Source: Somniosus microcephalus
Lineage: Eukaryota
Assembly: GCA_052327205.1 (NCBI GenBank)
Contig: CM126202.1
Span: 367,412,001-367,476,000, forward strand
Length of the DNA stretch: 64,000 nucleotides
Direction of reading: 5' to 3'
Shown here: piece after piece, positions 37,701-50,017 of the stretch
Layout: every line of letters starts with the position of its first letter
How positions within the stretch are numbered: position 1 is the first letter of the stretch
Made by a program: the position numbers and the translations under genes
The notes under the pieces: model-generated
The model's database searches: none
Seen by the model: only the letters and a program-made list of their open reading frames with translations
Told to the model about the DNA's origin: nothing

Positions 37701-40116
37701 GCATAAATCCAGCATAAAACATATGAGTTGCAAATATCCATAGGACTAATTTCTGAAGAAAACCTATGCCCTGTTAAACAATCTTCTTAATCATTTCCAA
37801 AATTCAACATGTAATGCAACCAATGAAAATGCAGTATAGACCCAGCTTTCTTGATGCTTTTTCTATAGTATACACAAATGCATTCATAATCATGAAGTTT
37901 AAATTGCAGGAATGCATAAATAATGAAGTCTACCCATAATATTTAAAGCATTGGGGTTTTTTGCCCCCTGGTTTCTATGTTTTCATTTTCAATGGGCATT
38001 TGGTTGTGTTTGTGTCCCTGTTTGTTGCCAGCCATGGTGGAGGGAGGAGATGCATCAGCTTCCTCAATGAGTAATGCTGAACTGGAGAAAGCAATTATCA
38101 TAGTGCCATTGACTGGTGCCTCAGCCTCTGGCACTTATGATTCCTGCCCATGTATGTACCACCTAAAGAGCTTTAAAAACTACAGATGCCATGATTTTGC
38201 CACACAATTAAAGCCAGTGGTCAGATTAATTCTGCAGATATTTTATTTTAACTTGTGGCTGTTTTTTCATTGACGAGTAGATTCTGTGGGCTGAATTTTG
38301 CCGGCGCTGAGAGGGCGGGTTCAGAGGCGGGTCTGCTGTCAAAATCAATCAGATTGACAGCGGGGCGGTATCCCACTCTAAACCCACCTCCTTGTGAGTT
38401 ACCCGAGTGCTGGCTCTGCCTGCGCTTTGCAGACTCGGCACACAGTGGTGGGTCATGTAAGTGTGCCAGTTAAGAGGGTGTTTAAAGCAATTTAATCACC
38501 ATTTTACCAGGTACAAAGCATTTCCCCAAGTTTTCCACGAGATTCCCATCGCTCGGGGATCACACCAGGTAAGTGTGTCGGGTTCTGAACAACTCTCCAT
38601 TTCTTTGAATAGGTGACAGCTGCAAAAGTGGAATTAAACCTACCATTTTACAGCTGGTCACCACTTTCCAATGTCAGAAGCTTGAGCATTAATGATTTGG
38701 AATCCATTTTTGAGTTTTATGCACTTTTGAAGTGTTTGGAGTATTCTCTCCATCTACTGTCACCTCCTTGGAACAACCTACCTCAACATTGACAGATTAT
38801 TTATATCAACTCAACCTCACTGGCCAAGTATTCCATCAGCATCGGTGCCCTTGAAAAAATCTCACCTTGGTCCTCAGAATCCCAACACGATCAGCTCCAA
38901 CACCAGCAGAACCAATATCCACACCAACCTTCTCCACAATCAACTGATGCTGCACTGGACACAGGGTATCATCACCCATACACATTACTGCCCGGGACGC
39001 CAGCGATGGCCTCACCACTTCCAGATTTGCTTCACTTAACACTGTACACCCTGGCTGCCACATGAAGCACCAGGTTGGCACCACCCCACACCAGTACCAT
39101 AAAGCATCCCTACAATGTCCAAACCATTCCTTTCACACTCATCACCATTGGGGGGGGGGGGTGGTAGAGAAGTTACATCTCACCATTCACTGCAACTCAC
39201 TAAGCCACTTCTAAAGGTACACACAAATCTGTCCAAGAACGCAAAGTGTTCAAAATAAAGATTTCAATGTTTTGACAGCACATTAACAGAAACTTCACAT
39301 GAACATTAGCTAAACCATCCAAGTGCCTACCCTTGTGTGTTGTTAGTTGATATGCTTGCAGTAGGATGAGGGTGGCTAATGAGATGGGGAAGTGATAATG
39401 TAGATAGAGAGGGATGCATGGAGGTGCAAGGTAAGTTGGTGTGAGTAAGGATGTGCAGGAGTAGGGTAGGGAAGGCAGAGTTATGGGGATGTGATGAGTG
39501 GCACAGTAGGGTGAGGTTGAGTGTGGCATGGCAGTAATGTTTCATGATCTACTGAGATCATTGAAAGGTTTGCGCCACTGCAGCCTGGTCCTCCTGACGA
39601 CATCGCTGCTTGTGTCCTCCTGTGCAATGTGAAACCAGGCTGCGTTGGTTTCCTGGGAGGTGTCTTCTGCCCATGGGAAGGGAAGAGAACCTCCCTGTGT
39701 GCTGTGACTCCCTCCATAAGCATATGGTGTAATGATATCAGCAAATAGTGATGGTATTTGCCTGTTTGATTATGATGCCTTACCAGCATGTTTGCATGTA
39801 TTGATTACTTATGCCTGACCAGCAGAGGTCATGTGAGAGACAAGCAGTTGAGTTTAGTTTCAGTTTCGTTCTAGATGGATTTCTAGCATGGTGTCTCCTG
39901 TAAGGCTGTTAAAAAGAGTTGAACATACTTTAGATTAAAAGACATTCTCTTTCATAAATGTCTCGTCATTGAACCCACGAAGAAATCAATACATGGTGTC
40001 AGAAGTGATTGAAAGAGATGAAGAGGAAAAATCTGAAGTTAAATCAGCTCTCCACAGATTAGCAAGCCAAAAGAGAACATCGTTGCTTACTGGAGAATAG
40101 CTAACGAAGTGAAAAA

Positions 40117-43100
40117 ATGGAAGGATTACACCCACCGGCGAAGCTTCAGTTGACAGGTAATGTGGCTGAAAATTGGAGGAGATTCAAACAACGTGTGGAA
40201 TTGTATTTAGCGGCAATCGGAGCTGACGAGAAAAGTAATAAAAGGAAATCGTCACTGTTCTTACATGTCGTGGGTGATGAAGCGCTGGAGGTGTATAATA
40301 ACTTCACATTCGCTGCTGATGGAGACAAAATGAAACTAGATAAAATAATGGAACAGTTTGAGGCCTACTGCATACCTAAATGTAACGTGACGTTTGAGAG
40401 GCACAGATTTTTCACATGTGTACAGAAAACGGGTGAGACTATTGATCAGTATGTGACTGAACTGAGAAACCGAAGCAAAACATGTGAATTTGGGGGACTG
40501 ACAGACTCGCTGACAAAAGACAGACTGGTGTGTGGTATTCCAGATAATGGTCTAAGGGAAAGACTGCTAAGAGAGCAAGATCTAGACCTGGGAAAAGCCA
40601 TAGCACTGTGTAGGGCTACAGAGACTGTGAAGTTGCAGGCAAAGGAGCTGTTCAGTGACAATAGCTGCAACATGGATGCAGTGAGAATGAACCGACACAA
40701 ACCGGTTAACTAAAAGAGCGCCAATGTGAAAAAAGAGGCGTGGCCAGCGAACAAAAATGAAAGGCACAATCGAAAGTCATGTAGTCGATGCGGTACACAG
40801 CATACACCAAGAAAGTGTCCAGCATGTGGTAAAACATGCAATAGTTGCAACAAAAACAACCATTATGCCCGTTGCTGTAAGAACCAAGCGCAACAAAGCA
40901 AGGTCCATACAGTAGATGAAAGCGAGATAGAGGAGTTCTACGTAGGTGTTGTGTCTGAAAACAAAAAAGAAAAAAGAGACTGGATGTTGACACTAAAAGT
41001 GAATGACATACATATTCCATTTAAATTGGATACTGGAGCACAAGTTAATGTGATATCAGAGACTGATTTTAAGAAAATTAGACCCAGACCAAAGATACAT
41101 GGAATAAAAGTGAAAGTGACAGGATACTCAGGTACTGATATACCAGTGAAAGGAAGATGCATTGTCAAAGTAACACACAAGGACAGAGAGCACACGCTAG
41201 CATTAATTGTGGTGCCAAAGGATGTGCAAGCCATACTAGGTTTAAAAGCCTGTGAGAGACTGAACCTGGTAAAGAGAGTCCTCGTTGTGGAAAGCGAAGG
41301 AGAGACAGTCTATGATGAACACATGAAAGAGTACAATGACCTATTTCAGGGTCTAGGCTGCATTCCAGGAGAACACACGATCAGAGTAGATAAAAGTATG
41401 CCAACGGTCATACATCCATGCAGAAAAGTTCTGTTTGCTCTTCAAAAGCAACTGAAGGCAGAGTTGGACAGGATGGAAAGCCTGAACGTGATTCAGAAGA
41501 TAGATGAGCCAACTGAGTGGATGAGTTCCCTCGTCGTTGTGGCCAAAAGAATGGAAAGCTCAGAATTTGCCTGGATCCAAGAGATCTAAACAGAGCAATA
41601 AAGAGAGAGCACTTCAAGCTTCCTACACATGAGGAAATCATGGCACAGTTTGCAAATGCAAAGTATTTCAGCAAGTTAGATGCATCATCAGGATTTTGGC
41701 AGATGAAATTGGACGAGGCTAGTTCAAGACTGTGCACGTTCAACAGTCCATTTGGCAGATACAGATTCCTAAGGTTACCATTTGGCATTGCCTCAGCTCC
41801 TGAAGTGTATCACAAAACTATCCATATGATCTATGAGCACCTGGAGGGAGTTGATACATCAATGGATGACATCATAGTATGGGGAACCATGAGAACTGAG
41901 CATGACGAGAGACTGAAAAAAGTGCTGGAAGCAACAAGGAAAACAAACCTGAAGCTGAATAAAGAGAAATGCCAGCTCGGGGTGACAGAACTGACATTCG
42001 TGGGAGATATCCTTAGCAGTGAGGGCATCAGACCAGATCCCAGAAAGGTGTCCGCCATTGAGAATATGCCAAAGCCACAATGCAAAAAGGACGTGCAGAG
42101 GTTTAATGGAATGATCAACTATATGGGTAAATTCATATCCAATCTCTCAGAAAAGATGGCGCCACTGAGAAGACTAACTGAAAAGAACATGGAATGGGAA
42201 TGGAATCATGAGCATGAGAAGTCATGGAGCGATCTAAAGAAACTGCTCACAGAGGAACCAGTTCTGAGGTTTTATGACCCAGCGAGACCCATCAAGATAT
42301 CATCAGATGCATCACAGAGTGGGCTCGGTGCTGTTCTTCTGCAAAAATATGACTACTGGCAACCTATTGCATATGCATCGCGCTCAATGACAGACGCGGA
42401 GACGCGATATGCTCAAATAGAAAAGGAGCAGCTCAGCATCACATACGCCTGTGAAAGATTTCACCAGTTTGTGGCAGGACAAGCAATCAGTGTAGAGACT
42501 GACCATAAGCCCTTGATTGCATTGTTCCAAACGCCACTAAATAGCTGTCCGCTTAGAATACAAAGAATGATGATCAGGCTGCAACGCTATACACTGAATG
42601 TTGCGTACACACCGGGTAAGCTGATGTATACAGCAGACACGTTGTCCAGAGATGTAGACCCAAGTGAGCCCGCAAACACCAAAATGGATGAAAAAGTGAA
42701 CGCCTACGTGGACATGATCACAAGTGCACTGCCCATAGCAGATGCAAAAATGGAGCTCATAAAGAATGAGACAAACAATGATGAAACAATGAGACGACTG
42801 AGGAAAAGCATCTTGGATGGATGGCCCAACATGAAGCAAGACTGCCCACCTGACATGGCAGAGTACTGGAACTGCAGAGCGGAACTATCAGTGGTCGAAG
42901 ACATCATCTACAAAGGAAGTAAAATAGTTATCCCAAAGAGTCTGAGAAAAGAGATGCTAAAAAGGATCCATGGAGGACATCTGGGAATCGAAAAGTGTAA
43001 GAAAAGAGCACGAGAGGTGATGTACTGGCCACGAATCAACCAAGATGTGACAAATGAGGTGTCAAACTGCACAATATGCCTGAAATATTGAGCAAGCAAT

Positions 43101-44009
43101 CCGGTAGAACCACTAAAGCCACACCCAGTGCCAGACAGACCTTACCAGAAGGTAGGCGCTGACCTATTCGTCTGTCAAGGGAAGGACTATCTTGTAGTCA
43201 CAGACTATTACTCCCTGTATCCAAGGGTGTGTAGACTGTACACCACCACTGCAGATGCTGTGATAACATGTATGAAAGCCATATTCTGCAGACATGGCGT
43301 GGCAAGCGAGGTCTTCACAGACAATGGACCCCAGTTTTACAATGCAAGTTTCCGACACTTTGCCAAAGAGTGGGACTTTGTCCACACAACTTCAAGTCCT
43401 CACTATCCACAGTCCAATGGACTAGTGGAAAAATTGGTCCAGACAGTGAAAAGACTGATGTACAAGGCAAAAGACAGTGGAACTGACTTCTACCAGAGCA
43501 TGCTTGTATACCGCACAACGCCGCTCGAGTGTGGTAAGTCACCAGCCCAACTCCTTATGGGACGTCGGCTAAGGTCAAACCTACCCATCCCGGAGAACCT
43601 CCTGAAAACAAAAGAGGGGGAGAAAGTGAGGAAGTTCAAAGAACAACAGAAAGAAAAGCAAAAGTACTACTATAACAGAGGAACACAAAACCTACCTGAA
43701 CTCCACACTGGTGACCAAGTAAGGTTCAAAGACAAAACAAACATATGTACTCAGAAGGGAACTGTCCTGAGTGAAGTTCAACCAAGATCATACACCATTC
43801 AGACAGATGAGGGTGCTGTTCTGAGAAGAAATCATCGAGATCTTCTCATGGGACCAGCCACAGCAAGTCAAAAGACTGATACTGTTGAACAACCTGATAA
43901 CACAGCTGAGAAACCATCATCTGAGGCAACAGCTCAGATTCAAGGACAATCAATCAGAAAATCCTCAAGACATGTGAAGCCTCCTGAGAGACTCATTGAG
44001 CAAATTTAA
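40117..44009 (+). pseudogene. Gag-Pol polyprotein with stop at 40711, frameshift ~41548 and stop at 43089
   Basis: GNVAENWRRFKQR gag, Cys knuckles, LDTGAQ protease, TSMDD RT, SDASQSG RNase H, HGGHLG HHCC, TDNGPQF and SNGLVE integrase. Confidence 0.93.
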
Positions 44010-44447
44010 GGACTATTGTTATAGAAGGAAGTAATGTTATCTTATTCTTTCTTCAAGTTCTAGTGTATTTACATATTTCATGTGAACACACAAAGCAAGG
44101 TTAAAAAACCTTGATCATGATAATGATAATGTAAGTTCATTAAGTGTTACATTTAAAATGCAGATTAATACAAAGAAAACATGTTGTTAGTTAAAAGTAA
44201 AATACTTTTGTTTTAAGAAAAGGAGATGTAATGATATCAGCAAATAGTGATGGTATTTGCCTGTTTGATTATGATGCCTTACCAGCATGTTCGCATGTAT
44301 TGATTACTTATGCCTGACCAGCAGAGGTCATGTGAGAGACAAGCAGTTGAGTTTAGTTTCAGTTTCGTTCTAGATGGATTTCTAGCATGGTGTCTCCTGT
44401 AAGGCTGTTAAAAAGAGTTGAACATACTTTAGATTAAAAGACATTCT

Positions 44448-45157
44448 GGCCTAGAAATTCAGTAAGGCTCCGCCAGCTTTGCACCCAGGTACCGCTGAAA
44501 GAGGGCTTCTGCGCCAAAAGAGGAGGCTCTGATATTCAGCGCAGCGGGAATGGCGGCGGTAGCCGGTAGCACTGCGCCGGCACCGATGACGTCATCGGTG
44601 TGCGCAGTGCCCCGGTTCCGCCCCGATACCGGCCTGACCCCCATATTTAGTTGCGGCCGCCTCTTCCGTGGCGGCCGCAAACAACGTTCAGGGACCGGGT
44701 CCGTAATGCAGCCTTAGTGGGGCGCTTTATGGTGGAGGTGCGGCCGGCCACTTTTTCGGCGGCCGCCTGCCCGCACCTCCTTCCCCGGCCTCCTCCACCC
44801 CCCTCCCCCGCGGCATTGCCGGCTGGTTTCCGGGAGCCCGGCACTTCTCCGTTGTGCCGGGCTCTTTTGCCGGCACTCGCGATCGGGGCTCCGGCTGTTG
44901 CAGGCACCTCCCCCTTAAGAGAGGGAGGAAGGCCTGCAGTACTGCAGCCTGCCGCTCCGCTGCGGGTGGCGCTGCGGCAACTAGCGCGCCGATATTCAGT
45001 TGCAGCGCCCCAAGCGGGGGCGGCCACACCCTGGAACAGCGCCCGTCCTCGACTTGGGGCACTGAAACTGAATATCGGATGGGCGCGAGTGGCTCCGCGC
45101 CCAGCGGTAAATTCTGGGCGCAAGCGAGCTGGTGGGGCTATAGCTAATTTCTAGCCC
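44448..45157. mobile_element. GC-rich Harbinger-type MITE, family A, in the Gypsy-3 3' LTR
   Basis: TIR ggcctagaaatt / aatttctagccc. TSD tct, confirmed by the empty site acattctctttc in the 5' LTR. Confidence 0.95.
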
Positions 45158-45490
45158 TCTCTTTCATAAATGTCTCGTCATTGAATCCACAAAGAAATCA
45201 ATACATATGGAGGGAGTCATGGGAGAGCCTGGGTGCAGCCGTGCATCTCTGTGCACTGCTTGTCAGTGTTTGCAGCACCTCAATGCTTCAGAACACTGAG
45301 AGCAGAACTGTCAAAATCAATGTGGACATGGCCCCTTTAAGGAAACTGGCTGATGACGCATCATCAGATGACGTCATGAGACCCGCTTCCTTTTAATTGT
45401 CTGAGAACCTGGCAGGGCGGGCTTAACAATCCTAATCAGGGCAAAATCACTTGGAGGAGGTGGGATGAAGATGGGTGCGGAGTTTGAGGC

Positions 45491-48227
45491 CGCTAGTGGG
45501 CGTAGTCTATAGGCCTCCGATCAGTGGCAACTCTGTTGGACGGAGTATCAATCAGGAAATAGTTGAGGCTTGTAATAAGGGAACATCTATAATTATGGGA
45601 GATTTTAACTGTCATATTAATTGGACAAATCAAATTGGACAGGGCTGCCTTGAGGATGTTCATTGACTGTATTAGGGATGGGTTTCTTGAGCAGTATGTA
45701 ACTGAACTGACCAGGGGGCAAGCAACCTTAGATCTGGTCCTGTGTAATGAGACAGGATTAATTAAAAATGTCCTAGTAAAGGATCCCCTTGGAATGAGTG
45801 ACCATAACATGGTTGAATTCCATATTCAATTAGAGGGTGAGAAGGCTGGATCTCAAACAAGTGTGCTAAGCTTGAATAAAGGTGACTATGAAGGTATGAG
45901 AGCGGAATTGAGTAGAATGGATTGGGAAAATTGATTAAAGGGTAAGACGATTCATGATCAGTGGTGTACATTTAAGGAGTTATTGTACAACTTCCAAAAA
46001 ATATATATTCCACTGAGAAGAAAAGGGTGTGAAAGAAAAGATAGCCATCCGTGGCTAAGTAAAGAAATTAAAGATAGTATTCGACTAAAAACAAGGGCAT
46101 ATAAGGTAGCCAAATCTAGTGGGAGGATAGAGGATTGGGAAAACTTTAAAAGACAGCAAAAAATAACAAAAAGATTGATTAAGAAAGGGGAGATAGATTA
46201 TGAAAGTAAATTAGCAAAAAATATATAAACAGATAGTAAGAGTTTTTATAGTTATATAAAAAGAAAAAGGGTGGCTAAAGTAAATGTTGGTCCCTTAGAG
46301 GATGAGACCGGGAAATTAATGGTGGGAAATATGGAGATGGCAAAAACACTGAATGAATATTTTGTATCAGTCTTTACAGTAGAAGACACTAAGAATATCC
46401 CAACACTGGACAAACAGGGGGCTAAAGGGGGGGAGGAGCTAAACACGATCAAAATCACTAAGGAAGTGGTACTCGGTAAAATAATGGGACTCAAGGCAGA
46501 TAAATCACCTGGACCTGATGGCTTACATCCTAGGATCTTGAGGGAAGTGGCGGTAGGGATTGTGGATGCATTGGTAATAATTTTCCAAAACTCCCTGGGC
46601 TCGGCAAAGGTCCCGGCAGACTGGAAAACTGCCAATGTAACACCCTTATTTAAAAAGGGCAGTAGACAGAAAGCTGGAAACTATAGACCGGTTAGCCTAA
46701 CATCTGTGGTAGGTAAAATTTTGGAATCCATTATTAAGGAGACAATAACAGGACATTTGGATAATCATAATTTAATAGGACAAAGTCAGCATGGTTTTAT
46801 GAAGGGGAAGTCATGTTTGACAAATTTGCTGGAGTTCTTTGAGGAAGTAACATATAGGGTGGATAAAGGGGAACCAGTGGACGTAGTGTATTTAGACTTC
46901 CAAAAGGCATTTGACAAGGTGCCACACAAAAGATTATTGCTTAAGATAAAAAATCACGGGATTGGGGGTAATATTATGGCATGGATAGAGGATTGGCTAT
47001 CTAACAGAAGGCAGAGAGTTGGGATAAATGGTTCATTCTCAGACTGGCAATCAGTAACTAGTGGTGTTCCGCAGGGGTCAGTGCTGGGTCCCCAACTCTT
47101 TACAATCTATATTAACAATTTGGAGGAGGGGACCGAGTGTAACATATCAAAGTTTGCAGATGATACTAAGATGGGAGGGAAAGTAGTGAGCGAGGAGGAC
47201 ATAAAAAACCTGCAAGGGGACATAGACAGGCTAAGTAAGTGGGCAGAGATTTGGCAGATGGAATACAATACTGGAAAGTGTGAGGTTATGCACTTTGGCA
47301 GGAAAAATCGTAGAGCAAGTTATTATCTTAATGGCAAGAAACTGGAAAATACTGAAGTACAAACGGATCTGGGGGTCCTGGTGCACGAAACTCAAAAGGT
47401 TAGTATGCAGGTGCAGCAAGTGATTAAGAAGGCCAATGGAATGTTGGCTTTCATTGCTAGGGGGATAGAATATAAAAATAGGGAGGTATTGCTTCAGTTG
47501 TACAAGGTATTGGTGAGACCGCACCTGGAATACTTCGCACAGTTTTGGTGTCCATACTTAAGAAAGGACATACTTGCTCTTGAGTCAGTACAAAGAAGGT
47601 TCACTCGGTTAATCCCGGGGATGAGGGGATGGATATATAAGGAGAGGTTGAGTAGATTGGGACTCTACTCATTGGAGTTCAGAAGAATGAGAGGCGATCT
47701 TATTGAAACATATAAGATTGTGAAGGGGTTGGATCGGGTGGATGCGGGGAAGATGTTCCCGATGATGGGTGAAACTAGAACTAGGGGGCATAGTCTTAGA
47801 ATAAGGGGCTGCTCTTTCAAAACTGAGATGAGGAGGAACTACTTCACTGAGAGGGCGGTAGGTCCATGGAATATGCTGCCCCAAAAAGCTGTAGAAGCTA
47901 CATCATTACATAAATTTAAAACAGAAATAGACAGTTTCCTAGAAGTAAAGGGAATTAAGGGTTACGGGGAACGGGCAGGAATTTGGACATGAGTCTAGGT
48001 TCGGATTGGTCATGGCCCTGTGGGTAGCGGAGCGGGCCCAGGGGCCGTGTAGCCTGATCCTGCTCCTATTTCGTGTGTCTAATTCTGTTAGATTCAGGAG
48101 ATGGTTCTGTGATAGTGGATTGGCGGTTAGGATCAGATCAGCCATGATCTTATTGAATGGCGGAGCAGGCTCGAGGGGCCGATTGGCCTACTCCTGCTCC
48201 TATTTCTTATATTCTTATGTTCTTATG
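45491..48227 (+). mobile_element. CR1 LINE, 5'-truncated within the endonuclease, with 3' UTR and (ttcttatg)n tail
   Basis: GVVYRPP, MGDFN, LDLVL, SDHN APE motifs, then RT and tail. Confidence 0.95.
46271..47992 (+). CDS. CR1 ORF2 reverse-transcriptase portion (open); upstream APE part disrupted
   Basis: 573-aa ORF with SPGPDG, NYRPVSLTS, LDFQKAFD, GVPQGSVLGP, FADD. Confidence 0.85.
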   Translation: MAKVNVGPLEDETGKLMVGNMEMAKTLNEYFVSVFTVEDTKNIPTLDKQGAKGGEELNTIKITKEVVLGKIMGLKADKSPGPDGLHPRILREVAVGIVDALVIIFQNSLGSAKVPADWKTANVTPLFKKGSRQKAGNYRPVSLTSVVGKILESIIKETITGHLDNHNLIGQSQHGFMKGKSCLTNLLEFFEEVTYRVDKGEPVDVVYLDFQKAFDKVPHKRLLLKIKNHGIGGNIMAWIEDWLSNRRQRVGINGSFSDWQSVTSGVPQGSVLGPQLFTIYINNLEEGTECNISKFADDTKMGGKVVSEEDIKNLQGDIDRLSKWAEIWQMEYNTGKCEVMHFGRKNRRASYYLNGKKLENTEVQTDLGVLVHETQKVSMQVQQVIKKANGMLAFIARGIEYKNREVLLQLYKVLVRPHLEYFAQFWCPYLRKDILALESVQRRFTRLIPGMRGWIYKERLSRLGLYSLEFRRMRGDLIETYKIVKGLDRVDAGKMFPMMGETRTRGHSLRIRGCSFKTEMRRNYFTERAVGPWNMLPQKAVEATSLHKFKTEIDSFLEVKGIKGYGERAGIWT

Positions 48228-48639
48228 TCTGCTCTGACCGCACCAGACTCGCCACGGCTGGTGAAATCGCGGTCAGAGCGTTTGTGACTGAAGGCTGCAC
48301 TGCATATTCGTAGTGACCTTAGTAGGCCTGGTACAACGAAATTTTCTCTTTTCCAATACTCTCATCCAAGACAAATATTATTAGTTGGTTAACTCTCTTC
48401 CCCCACATACTCCAATGTAGAAGCTCATATGTATATTGCAAAAAACATGAGCTACAGCTGATTGAATGATGTTGGTTCTTAAATTTGCATAAATACATTT
48501 CAATACTGCACCCATGACAAACCCTATGCACAGAGATTAACAGACATGCCATCAAATGTCAACTGAGAGCTGTGTCTCAGTTTACATCTGAGTGAAAAGG
48601 AACAGCCAAGTTATATTATTCAATACACATTACAAGGGG

Positions 48640-49432
48640 TACATAGATGAATTTAAGGGGAAGCTAGATAAGCATATGAGGTAACATCCATAACATCGCC
48701 CGAATTCGCCCCCGTCTCAGCTCATCTGTTGCTGAAACCCTCATCTGTGACTTTGTTACCTCTAGATTTGACTATTCCAATACACTCCTGGCCGGCCTCC
48801 TGTGTTCTACCCTCTGTAAACTTGGGGTCATCCAAAGTTCTGCTGCCTGTGTCCTAACTCGCATCAAGTCCCATTCACCTGTGCTCGCTGGCCTACATTG
48901 GCTCCTGATTAAGTAATGCCTCGAATTTAAAATTTTCATCCTTGTTTTCAAATCCCTCCATGGTCTCATCCCTCCCTATCTCTATAAACTCCTCCAGCTC
49001 TACAACCTTCTGAGATATCTGTGCTCGTCCACCTGGCCTCTTGAGCATCCCTAATTTTAATCGCTCCACCACTGGCAGCCATGCCTTCAGTTGCCTAGGC
49101 CCTAAGCTCTTGAAATCTCTCCCTAAACCTCTCCGCCTTGCTACATCTCTTCCTCCTTTAAGACGCTCCTTAAAACCTACCTTTTTGACCAAGCTTTTAG
49201 TCATCTGCCCTAATATCTCCTTATGTGGCTCAGTGTCAAATTTTGCTTGATAATGCTCTTGTGAATCACCTTGGGACATTTTACTACATTAAAGGTGCTA
49301 TATAAATACAAGTTGTTGTTGATGTTGTAGGAAGGAGTAGGATGGGAGGAGTACTGTGTGGAGCTTAAGCGTGGCATAGACCAGTTGGGCCGAATGGCGT
49401 GTTTCTGTGCTGTAAATTCTATGTAATTCTAC
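48640..49432 (+). mobile_element. CR1 3' tail fragment interrupted by L2
   Basis: tttaaggggaagctagataag at ~48652, then gggccgaatggcgtgtttctgtgctgtaaattctatg at ~49390-49425. Confidence 0.6.
48684..49327 (+). mobile_element. L2 LINE 3' fragment
   Basis: SRFDYSNTLL, LHWL, FKIFILVFKSLHGL-type C-terminus and tail ggtgctatataaatacaag(ttg)n. Confidence 0.85.
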
Positions 49433-49664
49433 ATAATATATCATGTTACATGAATGTATTTGAGCTCTGATTATTTTTAGTTCTGGTGCTACAGATCCAA
49501 CAAGACTCACAGGGCTTTACAGTGAGCTTTTCTCTGTAGCCTTCCAGCATTGCATCCTTGTTCTGATTGAGCAAAACTGCGTCCTTCTCGGGCTTCAATT
49601 AGGTACTCCTTTGTTTTCTCAAAAGGCATTACATCAGGGCGACTCATTCCTCTTAACTGATAAT

Positions 49665-50017
49665 TGGCTAAGCCTGCCCCTGAGTCAGAAGGAGCAGGTT
49701 TCAAACCCCGCTCCAGATGGTCCAGTGAATAGAGCCCCAGCTCTGAATTCTGGGTTGACGTCTGGCATGATATTCATGTCGGGTGGGTGTGGGTGGTCCC
49801 TCCCCCCCACAATCGTATGGATTGTGGGAGCCCATAAATCCCTCTTCCTTTATCAGACTAACCACCCTAACGGCTGGTATAAAAATGGTTGCGGCCTTGG
49901 AAGGAGCATTCATCTCACGGCCTCTCAGACTCTTAATCAGCACGCAAATCCTTCCTCTTCTTCACACTATTCTTCAAGGGAAGAGTGCAAAGATATGAAA
50001 ACAACAACAACTGGCTA
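49665..50017 (+). mobile_element. tRNA-derived SINE, same family as the copy split by Gypsy-2
   Basis: Head ctgagtcagaaggagcaggtttcaaaccc. Shared core gactaaccacccta...ggaaggagcattcatctcacg. Confidence 0.75.

Larger units (their letters stand above)
39728..45205 (+). mobile_element. Gypsy (Mag-like) LTR retrotransposon 3, full length
   Basis: LTR 39728-39993 (266 bp) and 44227-45205 (split by a MITE), TSD tatgg, PBS tggtgtcagaagtg (tRNA-Leu CAA type), PPT aagaaaaggaga. Confidence 0.96.
38288..48274. mobile_element. Decayed, internally deleted Harbinger derivative hosting Gypsy-3 and a CR1
   Basis: Left TIR gggctgaattttgcc. A minus-strand Myb exon-1 remnant AAPRLSHDSLH|MLMEGVTAHREVLFP reads across the Gypsy-3 TSD. 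Probable degenerate right end ggtgaaatcgcggtc after the CR1. No TSD found. Confidence 0.65.

Noticed and set aside
41859-41870. SMDD instead of YxDD as an inactivating RT mutation
   Set aside because: Both aspartates are retained and, as I recall, this variant occurs in related Gypsy lineages. Not counted as a lesion.
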